Assembly (NCBI GenBank): GCA_964417935.1
Contig: CAYQKF010000142.1
Span: forward strand, 1-12,395
Origin: an uncultured Pirellulales bacterium
GTDB lineage: Bacteria > Planctomycetota > Phycisphaerae > Sedimentisphaerales > Anaerobacaceae
Direction of reading: 5' to 3'
Length of the DNA stretch: 12,395 nt
Shown: piece after piece, positions 1 through 6,665 of the stretch
Layout of the letters: each line of letters starts with the position of its first letter
How positions within the stretch are numbered: the first letter of the stretch is position 1
Program-made: the position numbers and the translations under genes
Notes under the pieces: model-generated
Told to the model about the DNA's origin: nothing
Database searches by the model: none
The model's input: only the letters and a program-made list of their open reading frames with translations

Positions 1-51
1 ATCATCGGCTCCACCGCGTGGAAGCCTGAGAGAACTCGCTTGTTTTGGGAC

Positions 52-70
52 TAGGGACAGTCACCTATAT
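52..70 (+). repeat. Left 19-bp inverted repeat of the Y1-transposase element
   Basis: Exact reverse complement of 809-827. Confidence 0.7.
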
Positions 71-769
71 TTTCATTATCTTTCTGTTTCTTTTCGCTTT
101 CTTAAATTTCTTTGGTCTGCCAACCAGTAGCGGACGGACCCTCCGGCCAAGCAGCTTTTCGAGCTTGCTCAAAAAACTATCACTGCCCAAAGGTCTCCCC
201 GTATGCGTATTCAACCTTAACCGTCCAAGCTCAGAATCCGAAAGACCATCAGCAAGTTCCTTCCGCCATTGTACCGCAGATATCATATCGTACCAACGCG
301 ACAAATTCAAGACATCCGACCGGGCCTTTGCATCAACATGCACAGCCGCACTCGACCAGTCATAACGCCACGGCTTACGGCAGAGCCGTGAGCGAACAGG
401 ATTAAGCTCTATGTATCTCATGGCCATCCAGAAGTGCCTTTCATCAAGCGCACAGGAATAGAAACGTCCTTGCCACAAGTGGCCGCTGCGCTTATGAAAA
501 CGGTTGATATATTGCGTATAGCGAAAGTGCGTCCTGCCGATGCCCTTGGCCAGCGAATCCTCCGCATGCGGTATCGCGACTATGTGTATATGATTGCTCA
601 TCAGGCAATAGCCGACCAGCTCCAGGGCGTATTTGTCCGCCTGCTCTTTTAACAGCTCCAGATAAACCACACGATCATCATCCACAAAGAACACATCCTG
701 GCGATTGTTACCTCGCTGGGTAATATGATGAGCGAACCCGACCGCAACTGCTCTTGCTAATCTTGGCAT
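65..769 (-). CDS. Y1 (HUH) tyrosine transposase of the IS200/IS605 superfamily, long RayT-like form, 234 aa
   Basis: HUH motif in YCLMSNHIHIV. N-terminus MPRLAR...HHITQRGNNRQDVF. Catalytic-Tyr region WQGRFYS...RYIELNP. C-terminal THTGRPLGS plus basic tail, as in long COG1943 members. ATG at 769-767 with no strong SD. Confidence 0.8.
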   Translation of the reverse strand: MPRLARAVAVGFAHHITQRGNNRQDVFFVDDDRVVYLELLKEQADKYALELVGYCLMSNHIHIVAIPHAEDSLAKGIGRTHFRYTQYINRFHKRSGHLWQGRFYSCALDERHFWMAMRYIELNPVRSRLCRKPWRYDWSSAAVHVDAKARSDVLNLSRWYDMISAVQWRKELADGLSDSELGRLRLNTHTGRPLGSDSFLSKLEKLLGRRVRPLLVGRPKKFKKAKRNRKIMKI

Positions 770-808
770 AAAGCCAAATTAACACAAAAACCAACGCTTG
801 TCAAACAT

Positions 809-827
809 TATATAGGTGACTGTCCCT
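809..827 (-). repeat. Right 19-bp inverted repeat of the Y1-transposase element
   Basis: Exact reverse complement of 52-70. Confidence 0.7.
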
Positions 828-924
828 ATTTTTCTGTAATATCCAGTTGAATATGTATTCGTGTCAATTTATAGAAAGCAAAAGTCTTAAAACATTATAT
901 TTTATTTGCAAATTAGCTAAAAAA

Positions 925-2382
925 TCATTCTTCTTTAGTAGCTTTTCCAGATTTTCCTGGCTTAGCAGAAGGTTGAATTCGGTCTGATGCAGGCTCAGCA
1001 GCTTCTTCATCCGGCATGTCAGCAATTTCCTGTAGTCTCTTGCCGAGGTCAATTCCAGTAGCAGCTTTCATTTGCTCTATAAACTTAACAAGTGCCCCGG
1101 GGGCAGCGGTCATAAGTCTGTTTACCGCGCTATCACCATTTCCAGCTCCGCTGTCGATTGCTACAACATTATCAAACTTAACCTGGCCAATAGATTGAGC
1201 ACCTGCATCAGCGACTGCTTTAATAGCCTCTAAAGCAAGATTAAGCTGTGCTGCTTTTCCATAAGCATTCCAGGCTTCTGCTTTCTTTCTCAAGCCTTCC
1301 GCCTCGGCTTTAAGCTGTAATTGAGTTCCCTTAGCTTTTGCTTCAGCTACTCTCAAAATAGCTTCAGACTCCCCTTCCGCTTTAAGAATAGCAGCTTGTT
1401 TCTCGGCATCAGCAGGAACTACTACCACGGCCTTATATTTCTGCTCTTCTGCCTGTGCTCTTGCTGCCTCAACTTTTTCTCTTGCCTTTTGCTCTTCTTC
1501 CTGTACTTTTTGCTCTTCAACAACAACTCCCTGTCTTGCTTTTGCTTCAGCAAGCGGTCCTTGTTGTTCAGCTTTCTTAGTAGCTGCAAGAGTTTCACCA
1601 ACATACTGCTGTTTTGCAACATCTCTGGTTTTCTCTGCTTCTGCAATCTGTTTTTCCTGGGCAGACCTTACAACTTCCCCTTCTCTGCGAGCAGTTTCAG
1701 ACTCTTGCATCGCGTCCCTGTCTGCCTCCGCCTGTCCAATTGCAGCATCCCTCTTAACTTCAGCAGTTCTCTTTATACCAAGAGCTTCGAGATATCCTCT
1801 CTCATCACGAATATCCTGAATGTTGATGATGTCAATTATGACACCAATCTTAGCCAATTCTTCACCGGCTTGCTCGAGGACTTTGTTCACAAACATGTCT
1901 CTCTTCTGGTAGAGCTCTTCAACCGTCAAAACACCAATAATATCACGTAGCTGGCCTTCCAAAGTTTCTTTGATAATCTGTTGAATCTGCCTGGCGTCTG
2001 TTCCGAGAAATCTCTCAACGGCTCTATCAAGCATTCCTTCTTCACCGGAAATCTTCACATTCGCAACAGCATCAATAGTCACAGGAACGCCTTCTTTTGA
2101 ATATGCTTTTTCTACTCTTACATCAGCCAGGTTCATTGTTTTGAGAGAAATTCTGTTGATTTTTTCCAAAACCGGAATCTTAAGTCTAGCACCTCCAACA
2201 ACAGCTCTCCATCCTTTGACAACAACCGCCCCATCTTTGGTTTTTACCTTATTTTTTCTTCCTGTAAAAATCAAAGCTTCATTTGGCTCTGCTTTTTTGT
2301 AGTTGTTCACAAAAATTAAAACAATAGAAATCGAAGCAATTACTGCAACAGTAATAACAATTATCAAACCTAAACCTTCCAT
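925..2382 (-). CDS. Flotillin / SPFH (band-7) family protein, FloT/YqiK-like, 485 aa
   Basis: N-terminal TM helix, SPFH domain and a long E/A/K-rich coiled-coil tail. The ORF-track start at 2397 is TTG. The ATG at 2382-2380 is preceded by AGGAGA (2389-2394). Confidence 0.85.
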   Translation of the reverse strand: MEGLGLIIVITVAVIASISIVLIFVNNYKKAEPNEALIFTGRKNKVKTKDGAVVVKGWRAVVGGARLKIPVLEKINRISLKTMNLADVRVEKAYSKEGVPVTIDAVANVKISGEEGMLDRAVERFLGTDARQIQQIIKETLEGQLRDIIGVLTVEELYQKRDMFVNKVLEQAGEELAKIGVIIDIINIQDIRDERGYLEALGIKRTAEVKRDAAIGQAEADRDAMQESETARREGEVVRSAQEKQIAEAEKTRDVAKQQYVGETLAATKKAEQQGPLAEAKARQGVVVEEQKVQEEEQKAREKVEAARAQAEEQKYKAVVVVPADAEKQAAILKAEGESEAILRVAEAKAKGTQLQLKAEAEGLRKKAEAWNAYGKAAQLNLALEAIKAVADAGAQSIGQVKFDNVVAIDSGAGNGDSAVNRLMTAAPGALVKFIEQMKAATGIDLGKRLQEIADMPDEEAAEPASDRIQPSAKPGKSGKATKEE

Positions 2383-2388
2383 AATAAT

Positions 2389-2394
2389 TCTCCT
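2389..2394 (-). promoter_or_regulatory. Shine-Dalgarno AGGAGA for the flotillin gene
   Basis: 6 nt upstream of ATG 2382. Confidence 0.6.
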
Positions 2395-2485
2395 CAATTT
2401 TTTAAGTTAATATTTACTAATACAGACCCAATTAGTTTAACGTCAAAGTCCTCGAACCTTTTTCATGGCTAAAAGATTCTTTTCT

Positions 2486-3043
2486 TTACTCCACAACTGC
2501 TGTTTTTCCGGCAACAGACTTTATTTTAACGAACTCACCCCTCTTATATTCTTTTTTAGGATTAACGGCTCTTGCATTAAAGTAAGTACTTTGTCCGGTC
2601 TCTTTGTTGGTTGCTTCTATCTCTCCAGTGCCTCCATTTTTGGGTATAGGAACCACTACTCTACCTTGTTTTCCTACAAATGAGATTAATCTGATCTGGC
2701 TTGTTGATTGTTGTTTGTAGAGCAGTTTAAGCAGCTGATAACCAAGAAACCAGGCAATGGAGCCTCCAATAAAACCAATTAAAATGTGGTGTAAAGGAAA
2801 TTTAAAATAAACAGACACATAACCTCCAACACCAAAACCAACTAAAAAGAACAGTATCAGCCTTAAACTTAGTCTGCCCGGTCCTCCAAACTCTCCTGCT
2901 TCTATGTCAACATCCACATCTGCATCAATATCAAAGTCTGTGTCTATATCCACATCAGTATCAGCACCAAAGATGGCCATGAACAGCAAAAGCAACCCGG
3001 GAATAACAGTCATCAGCCCATAAATTAATAATGTTGTGGTCAT
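2486..3043 (-). CDS. NfeD-family membrane protein (YqiJ/YuaF-like), 185 aa, partner of flotillin
   Basis: Hydrophobic TM segments, an acidic DxD repeat (DTDVDIDTDFDIDADVDVD) and a C-terminal OB-fold-like soluble region. It sits immediately upstream of the flotillin gene on the same strand, the conserved nfeD-flotillin pairing. ATG at 3043 with AAGGAG at 3051-3056; the ORF-track start at 3076 is TTG. Confidence 0.7.
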   Translation of the reverse strand: MTTTLLIYGLMTVIPGLLLLFMAIFGADTDVDIDTDFDIDADVDVDIEAGEFGGPGRLSLRLILFFLVGFGVGGYVSVYFKFPLHHILIGFIGGSIAWFLGYQLLKLLYKQQSTSQIRLISFVGKQGRVVVPIPKNGGTGEIEATNKETGQSTYFNARAVNPKKEYKRGEFVKIKSVAGKTAVVE

Positions 3044-3050
3044 AACAATT

Positions 3051-3056
3051 CTCCTT
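3051..3056 (-). promoter_or_regulatory. Shine-Dalgarno AAGGAG for the nfeD-like gene
   Basis: 7 nt upstream of ATG 3043. Confidence 0.6.
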
Positions 3057-3404
3057 AGGGGTTCACTTTTTACCAACTCCCAATCGGCCGGTAAGGATTC
3101 AAGTGCCTACTTTTACTCTCTTTCTGCATTAATATACGTACCACCAAATCGATTTATTCAAAGCAGTTTATCGTTTTTTGGATCAATAATCCAAAAATCG
3201 CAAAGAATTTCAAAGTTTTTTGCCAATCTGCTCGAAAATACTTTCCATCTGATCCTATGTAGTACGAAAATACAAACATCTCGCCAAAATTGCTATCATC
3301 TTTTTCATAGAACTTCATCTCTTAATAGCAACCAATATTCAAGCCCCCAGAATACCACAACCACAGGATACAGTCGAGAAGAATAGAGAAGTGGGTTGGA
3401 GATA

Positions 3405-3437
3405 AACAGAAGGGTTAACTAGGGACGGGTTAACTAG
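3405..3437 (+). repeat. Solo partial copies of the transposase-element inverted-repeat core, tandemly half-duplicated
   Basis: GTTAACTAGGGAC occurs twice in tandem (3405-3417, 3419-3431). The second copy extends to TAGGGACAGTCGCC, a 13/14 match to the IR core at 52-65. Confidence 0.5.
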
Positions 3438-5289
3438 GGACAGTCGCCGATTTTTCTGCTATCGCATCGTCAATAGCTTTTTTAACTGCATCCACAGCGG
3501 GGGATTGAGGCATCTTTGTGTAAGCCGAATCAATGGCTTGCTTTGCCTGGCCGAGTCTGCCCATCCGGTAATAAACATAGCCTAAGAGAAATTCCAATCG
3601 GCCTGAACCGCTCCGTCCCAGCCATTCTTTAATTTCTGCTATTCTGCTTTCGAGCTTGTTCTCGCCGCCTAACATAACAGCAAAATCGATTTTAGTACGT
3701 GCGTATTCAGGAGCAATCTCGAGCGCTCTGGAAAGAAACAGAGCACTACTGATATATTCGCCGGCGGCCAATAACGCGTGCCCTCTGCCGGCAAAGCAAA
3801 GTGCCAGGCCACCGGCCTGGACCGGATCCGACCCTGCTTCGCCGGGATCCAGCTTATAAATAGACGCTAAAGCAAAAGAATCCGCAGCACGATAATACCT
3901 GCCGGCCTTTAGATGGTCTTGTGCTGCCTGCATGTGATGATTGAACTTGGCCTCCGAAAAAGATTCAGGGCTGGTGTGTGTCCCCCTGATGCGTTTGGCC
4001 TTGGCGGATAAGTCAGCCTGTGAGAGCTTATTTAATTCATCCAACGGAGAACTTTTTTCTCGATAACTTCCACGGTTCACCCTGTTAGAAGTCTGTACCG
4101 AATTTCCACCAGTCTGCCAAAAGGGCTCACTTCTAACGGGGCTCGGTGTTTCTGAAAATCCGAAACGGGATTCTTCCTGGTCATCCGCTCCTGCCTGCAA
4201 ACGGGCATCGACGGACCTGGTCAAATCATCGAGTTGCTGTCTTATTTGCTCAAGAACGTCGGAACCAAATCGGTTACGTTGCTTCTGCAGGTCTCTGCCG
4301 TGTTCATCAAGTTTACCCTCATCTGCCTGGGTTTCCCAGACCGTAACTTTCTGCAAAGTGGACTCATCCTGAAATGCCGGAGCTTTCGCCCTTGCATCTG
4401 TCTGCCAAGGCATTATCGCGGGGGTAAGCACGTCTGCGCTGAAGTCCGGTTTGGTGGACTGAACTATTTCAGCCACCTGGCTTTGCTTATGTTCCGGACT
4501 CCATACCACAAACCTCTGCTCAAGGGCCGTTCCTGGGTCTTGAGTCTTGGGTCCTGGGTCTTGGGTCTTGAGTCTTGAGTCTTGTGTCTGTTTTTGGTAC
4601 CGTTCAACCATTAACTGTTGGTCTTTGGCTGATATACCTGTCTCGGCTTGAGTAAGTAACTGAAGTTCCCGTATGCTATGTACTATTTGTCGAGGCTTAG
4701 CCGATGTATCGTATTGTGTTTGCTGTCCCTTCCATCCTAAATCGGATAGCTGCTGCGAAGTGCCGACCCAGGTAGAAGTACCCTCGCCGGACAAACTCTG
4801 TTTCTCCAAACCGGTTCCGCGCATTCCCGCCGGGTACCGGCCCTGCAGTGTACGGTTATTAATCCTTGTATCTACTTGCCTGAAAACTCCGGAATAGCCG
4901 GGCCTTGTAGTGGTTACTGTTTGGCTGGGTAAATAATATGGCTGAACCCTGTATTTGCCGGCATAACGACCGAAGTCTTGTGCGCCGGCAGAATCCCTCA
5001 AAAAAGAGCTAAGTGACGACGAACCAAGACCAGCCCTAAAACTCGTGGTTGAACCATACGGCACAGAATTGCGGAAGTGCCTGCCACGGCGAACATTGCC
5101 GGTAATTAACAGGTTACCGCTCGTATCAATCGGGTTAGGATTACTAATCAGACCACTCTGGATACTGCTCGGAGGAACAGTGCTCAAACCAGCAGGATTC
5201 ATTATCGAGCGGTTTTCTATCGACCAGCTTGTTGGCGAGCTAAGTGCAAAAAACACCGCTACCACCGTGATAAAAAGCCGGTTCTTCAT
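3430..5289 (-). CDS. Secreted protein of unknown function: signal peptide, S/T/Q/G-rich low-complexity middle with TQDPGPK repeats, C-terminal TPR-like helical domain (619 aa)
   Basis: MKNRLFITVVAVFFALSSPTSWS reads as a signal peptide at ATG 5289, which is preceded by GGGAGG (5301-5306). The ORF-track start at 5379 has no SD and would bury the signal peptide. The C-terminal approximately 200 aa carry Ala/Leu/Tyr-rich TPR-like helices. Confidence 0.6.
   Translation of the reverse strand: MKNRLFITVVAVFFALSSPTSWSIENRSIMNPAGLSTVPPSSIQSGLISNPNPIDTSGNLLITGNVRRGRHFRNSVPYGSTTSFRAGLGSSSLSSFLRDSAGAQDFGRYAGKYRVQPYYLPSQTVTTTRPGYSGVFRQVDTRINNRTLQGRYPAGMRGTGLEKQSLSGEGTSTWVGTSQQLSDLGWKGQQTQYDTSAKPRQIVHSIRELQLLTQAETGISAKDQQLMVERYQKQTQDSRLKTQDPGPKTQDPGTALEQRFVVWSPEHKQSQVAEIVQSTKPDFSADVLTPAIMPWQTDARAKAPAFQDESTLQKVTVWETQADEGKLDEHGRDLQKQRNRFGSDVLEQIRQQLDDLTRSVDARLQAGADDQEESRFGFSETPSPVRSEPFWQTGGNSVQTSNRVNRGSYREKSSPLDELNKLSQADLSAKAKRIRGTHTSPESFSEAKFNHHMQAAQDHLKAGRYYRAADSFALASIYKLDPGEAGSDPVQAGGLALCFAGRGHALLAAGEYISSALFLSRALEIAPEYARTKIDFAVMLGGENKLESRIAEIKEWLGRSGSGRLEFLLGYVYYRMGRLGQAKQAIDSAYTKMPQSPAVDAVKKAIDDAIAEKSATVPS
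4530..4590. repeat. Imperfect heptanucleotide tandem tract (GTCTTGN) of about 8 units inside the secreted-protein CDS
   Basis: gtcttga gtcttgg gtcctgg gtcttgg gtcttga gtcttga gtcttgt. It encodes KTQDPGPKTQDPGT on the minus strand. Confidence 0.8.
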
Positions 5290-5300
5290 AATATTAAATA

Positions 5301-5306
5301 CCTCCC
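5301..5306 (-). promoter_or_regulatory. Shine-Dalgarno GGGAGG for the secreted-protein gene
   Basis: 11 nt upstream of ATG 5289. Confidence 0.5.
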
Positions 5307-5326
5307 TATCCGCAATTATTCTCGTA

Positions 5327-5332
5327 ATTATA
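5327..5332 (-). promoter_or_regulatory. Candidate -10 hexamer TATAAT for the secreted-protein gene
   Basis: Minus-strand TATAAT about 35 nt upstream of the start codon; the -35 is weak (TTTGGC-like). Confidence 0.25.
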
Positions 5333-5369
5333 AACAATTCACCCAAGGCCAAAGACCACTGATTGTTGA

Positions 5370-6338
5370 CTAAAGACAAAGACCAAAGTTTTCAGGTCTT
5401 GCGTCTTGGGTCTTGCGTCTTGTGTCTTGCTTATATTTCGGCTTTTCAGCCCAGCTAAGTTTCGTTGCAAGAGTGTCCCATTGACTGCGAAGCGGATTAT
5501 TTACAATCAAAAAATCGCAGCTTTGTCTCTCGACTCTTACCACATCATCAATTGACAACCTCAATGAGACCTGGCCGTCGATAGAAACGGTCGTGCCTTC
5601 ATTGACCCGTATGCCCACAACCTCTATTATGCTGTCGGCGTTGATAACGATTGGCCGAAAGCTCAGTGAATGAGGACATATCGGCGTAATAACCATCGCC
5701 TCCATCTTAGGCGAGACTATCGGGCCGCCTGCCGACAAGTTATAGGCCGTTGAGCCTGTCGGTGTGGAGATTATCAATCCATCACTGGCACAACCGGCTA
5801 ACGGCTGACCATCCACCGATATTTTAAGCTCAACCGTTCTAAAAGGTGGCCCAGCCGTGATGAAAACATCATTGATGGCTGCTGAGCAAAATTTCTGGGT
5901 TCGGTCATCTTCCTTAGCATCGCTGACTTCGGCAAGCCCGTCTCGAGGGCCTCGAGATAGCTCAGTCGAGCCGAAAACTCTACAGCTCAGCATCATCCGC
6001 TTGTCTATCTGGGCTGTGCCTTTCGTCAAACAGGGAAAAAAATCCTTTAGTTCACTAACGCTGAATTCCGCTAAGAAACCAAGCTTGCCGACATTAACGC
6101 CTATCACCGGCACACTTGCTTCACTCACATTCCTTGCCGTCGAGATAATGCTCCCATCGCCGCCGAAAACTACCGCAAAATCACATTCCTTAAGAATCTC
6201 GGCCCTACAATCCTCGATACTACAGCTTGCTACTATCTCGGCCTTGTCCTTTGCAAAGCCGGCAAATTCGTCAATCGCCTCGTGGACCCCCTCCTTTTTA
6301 GGGTCGCCGAAAATCACCAATTTTGGCAGAGATTTCAT
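5370..6338 (-). CDS. nadK: NAD+ kinase
   Basis: GGDGS (GGDG motif), NDVFI and [25 protein letters not shown] (NE/D and conserved C-terminal motifs). ATG at 6338. There is an unusual 30-aa low-complexity C-terminal tail encoded by the heptamer tract. Confidence 0.9.
   Translation of the reverse strand: MKSLPKLVIFGDPKKEGVHEAIDEFAGFAKDKAEIVASCSIEDCRAEILKECDFAVVFGGDGSIISTARNVSEASVPVIGVNVGKLGFLAEFSVSELKDFFPCLTKGTAQIDKRMMLSCRVFGSTELSRGPRDGLAEVSDAKEDDRTQKFCSAAINDVFITAGPPFRTVELKISVDGQPLAGCASDGLIISTPTGSTAYNLSAGGPIVSPKMEAMVITPICPHSLSFRPIVINADSIIEVVGIRVNEGTTVSIDGQVSLRLSIDDVVRVERQSCDFLIVNNPLRSQWDTLATKLSWAEKPKYKQDTRRKTQDARPENFGLCL
5396..5430. repeat. Heptanucleotide tandem tract (GTCTTGN) x5, same motif as 4530-4590
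   Basis: gtcttgc gtcttgg gtcttgc gtcttgt gtcttgc. It lies in the 3' tail of the nadK ORF and about 65-100 bp upstream of the candidate promoter of the next gene. Confidence 0.8.
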
Positions 6339-6378
6339 ATCTCGTTTCTCGTATGCTGTATTTCAAACATCCTTCTTT

Positions 6379-6460
6379 GTCATTGCCAGGAGCGTAGCGA
6401 CGAACCAATCTCAAACGCAATGAATTGAGATTGCCACGGCTCTTTGGGCCTCGCAATGAC
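6379..6460. other. Nested inverted repeats forming a strong stem-loop in the nadK leader / dxs-nadK spacer
   Basis: Outer stem gtcattgc (6379-6386) / gcaatgac (6453-6460). Inner stem caatctcaa (6406-6414) / ttgagattg (6425-6433). Confidence 0.3.
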
Positions 6461-6512
6461 ATTTTGAGCATCGAGCCCTTCATGTATATGTTTAGCCTCA
6501 GTTGTTTTATTG

Positions 6513-6561
6513 GTGGCACGGCCATCTTGGCCGTGTTTTCACGGGCTTCAAGCCCGTGCCA
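6513..6561. other. Twin 7-bp hairpins with an overlapping 9-bp outer stem; possible bidirectional terminator or structured element
   Basis: cacggccATCTTggccgtg (6517-6535) followed by TTTT. cacgggcTTCAAgcccgtg (6540-6558). Outer stem gtggcacgg (6513-6521) / ccgtgccac (6553-6561). Confidence 0.3.
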
Positions 6562-6633
6562 CATAAGGAAACTGCTGATTCAGTTGTCTGGCTAAACACA
6601 TACCCCGTCATAGACGGGCTTACGCTTCGCTCC

Positions 6634-6665
6634 AGCATCAAGCATCAAGCATCAAGCATCGAGCA
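6634..6665. repeat. Heptanucleotide tandem tract (AGCATCA) x4.5 spanning the dxs stop codon
   Basis: agcatca agcatca agcatca agcatcg agca. The dxs TGA stop (complement of 6645-6647) sits inside unit 2. Minus-strand units read TGATGCT, so TGA occurs in every frame. Confidence 0.8.

Larger units (their letters stand above)
52..827 (-). mobile_element. Putative Y1/HUH-transposase element: one transposase gene bracketed by perfect 19-bp inverted repeats
   Basis: TAGGGACAGTCACCTATAT at 52-70 and its exact reverse complement at 809-827 enclose ORF 65-769. The gene's stop codon lies inside the left repeat. Confidence 0.45.

Noticed and set aside
45-652. Plus-strand ORFs 45-365, 112-405 and 434-652
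   Set aside because: They are antisense shadow ORFs inside the Y1 transposase gene, with no SD and no recognisable domains.
1321-1950. ORF-track ORFs 1321-1950(+), 1422-1646(-) and 1016-1198(+) inside the flotillin gene
   Set aside because: They are antisense or out of frame within a well-supported CDS. Their translations are low-complexity (F/L/S/C-rich or K/Q-rich), typical of shadow ORFs in a coiled-coil-encoding region.
5857-6423. ORFs 5857-6423(+), 6298-6564(-), 6502-6795(+), 7042-8585(+ several) and 11459-11806(+)
   Set aside because: They are antisense or overlapping shadows of nadK, dxs or the nuclease gene, or they lie over hairpin repeats. They are S/P/L-rich with no motifs.
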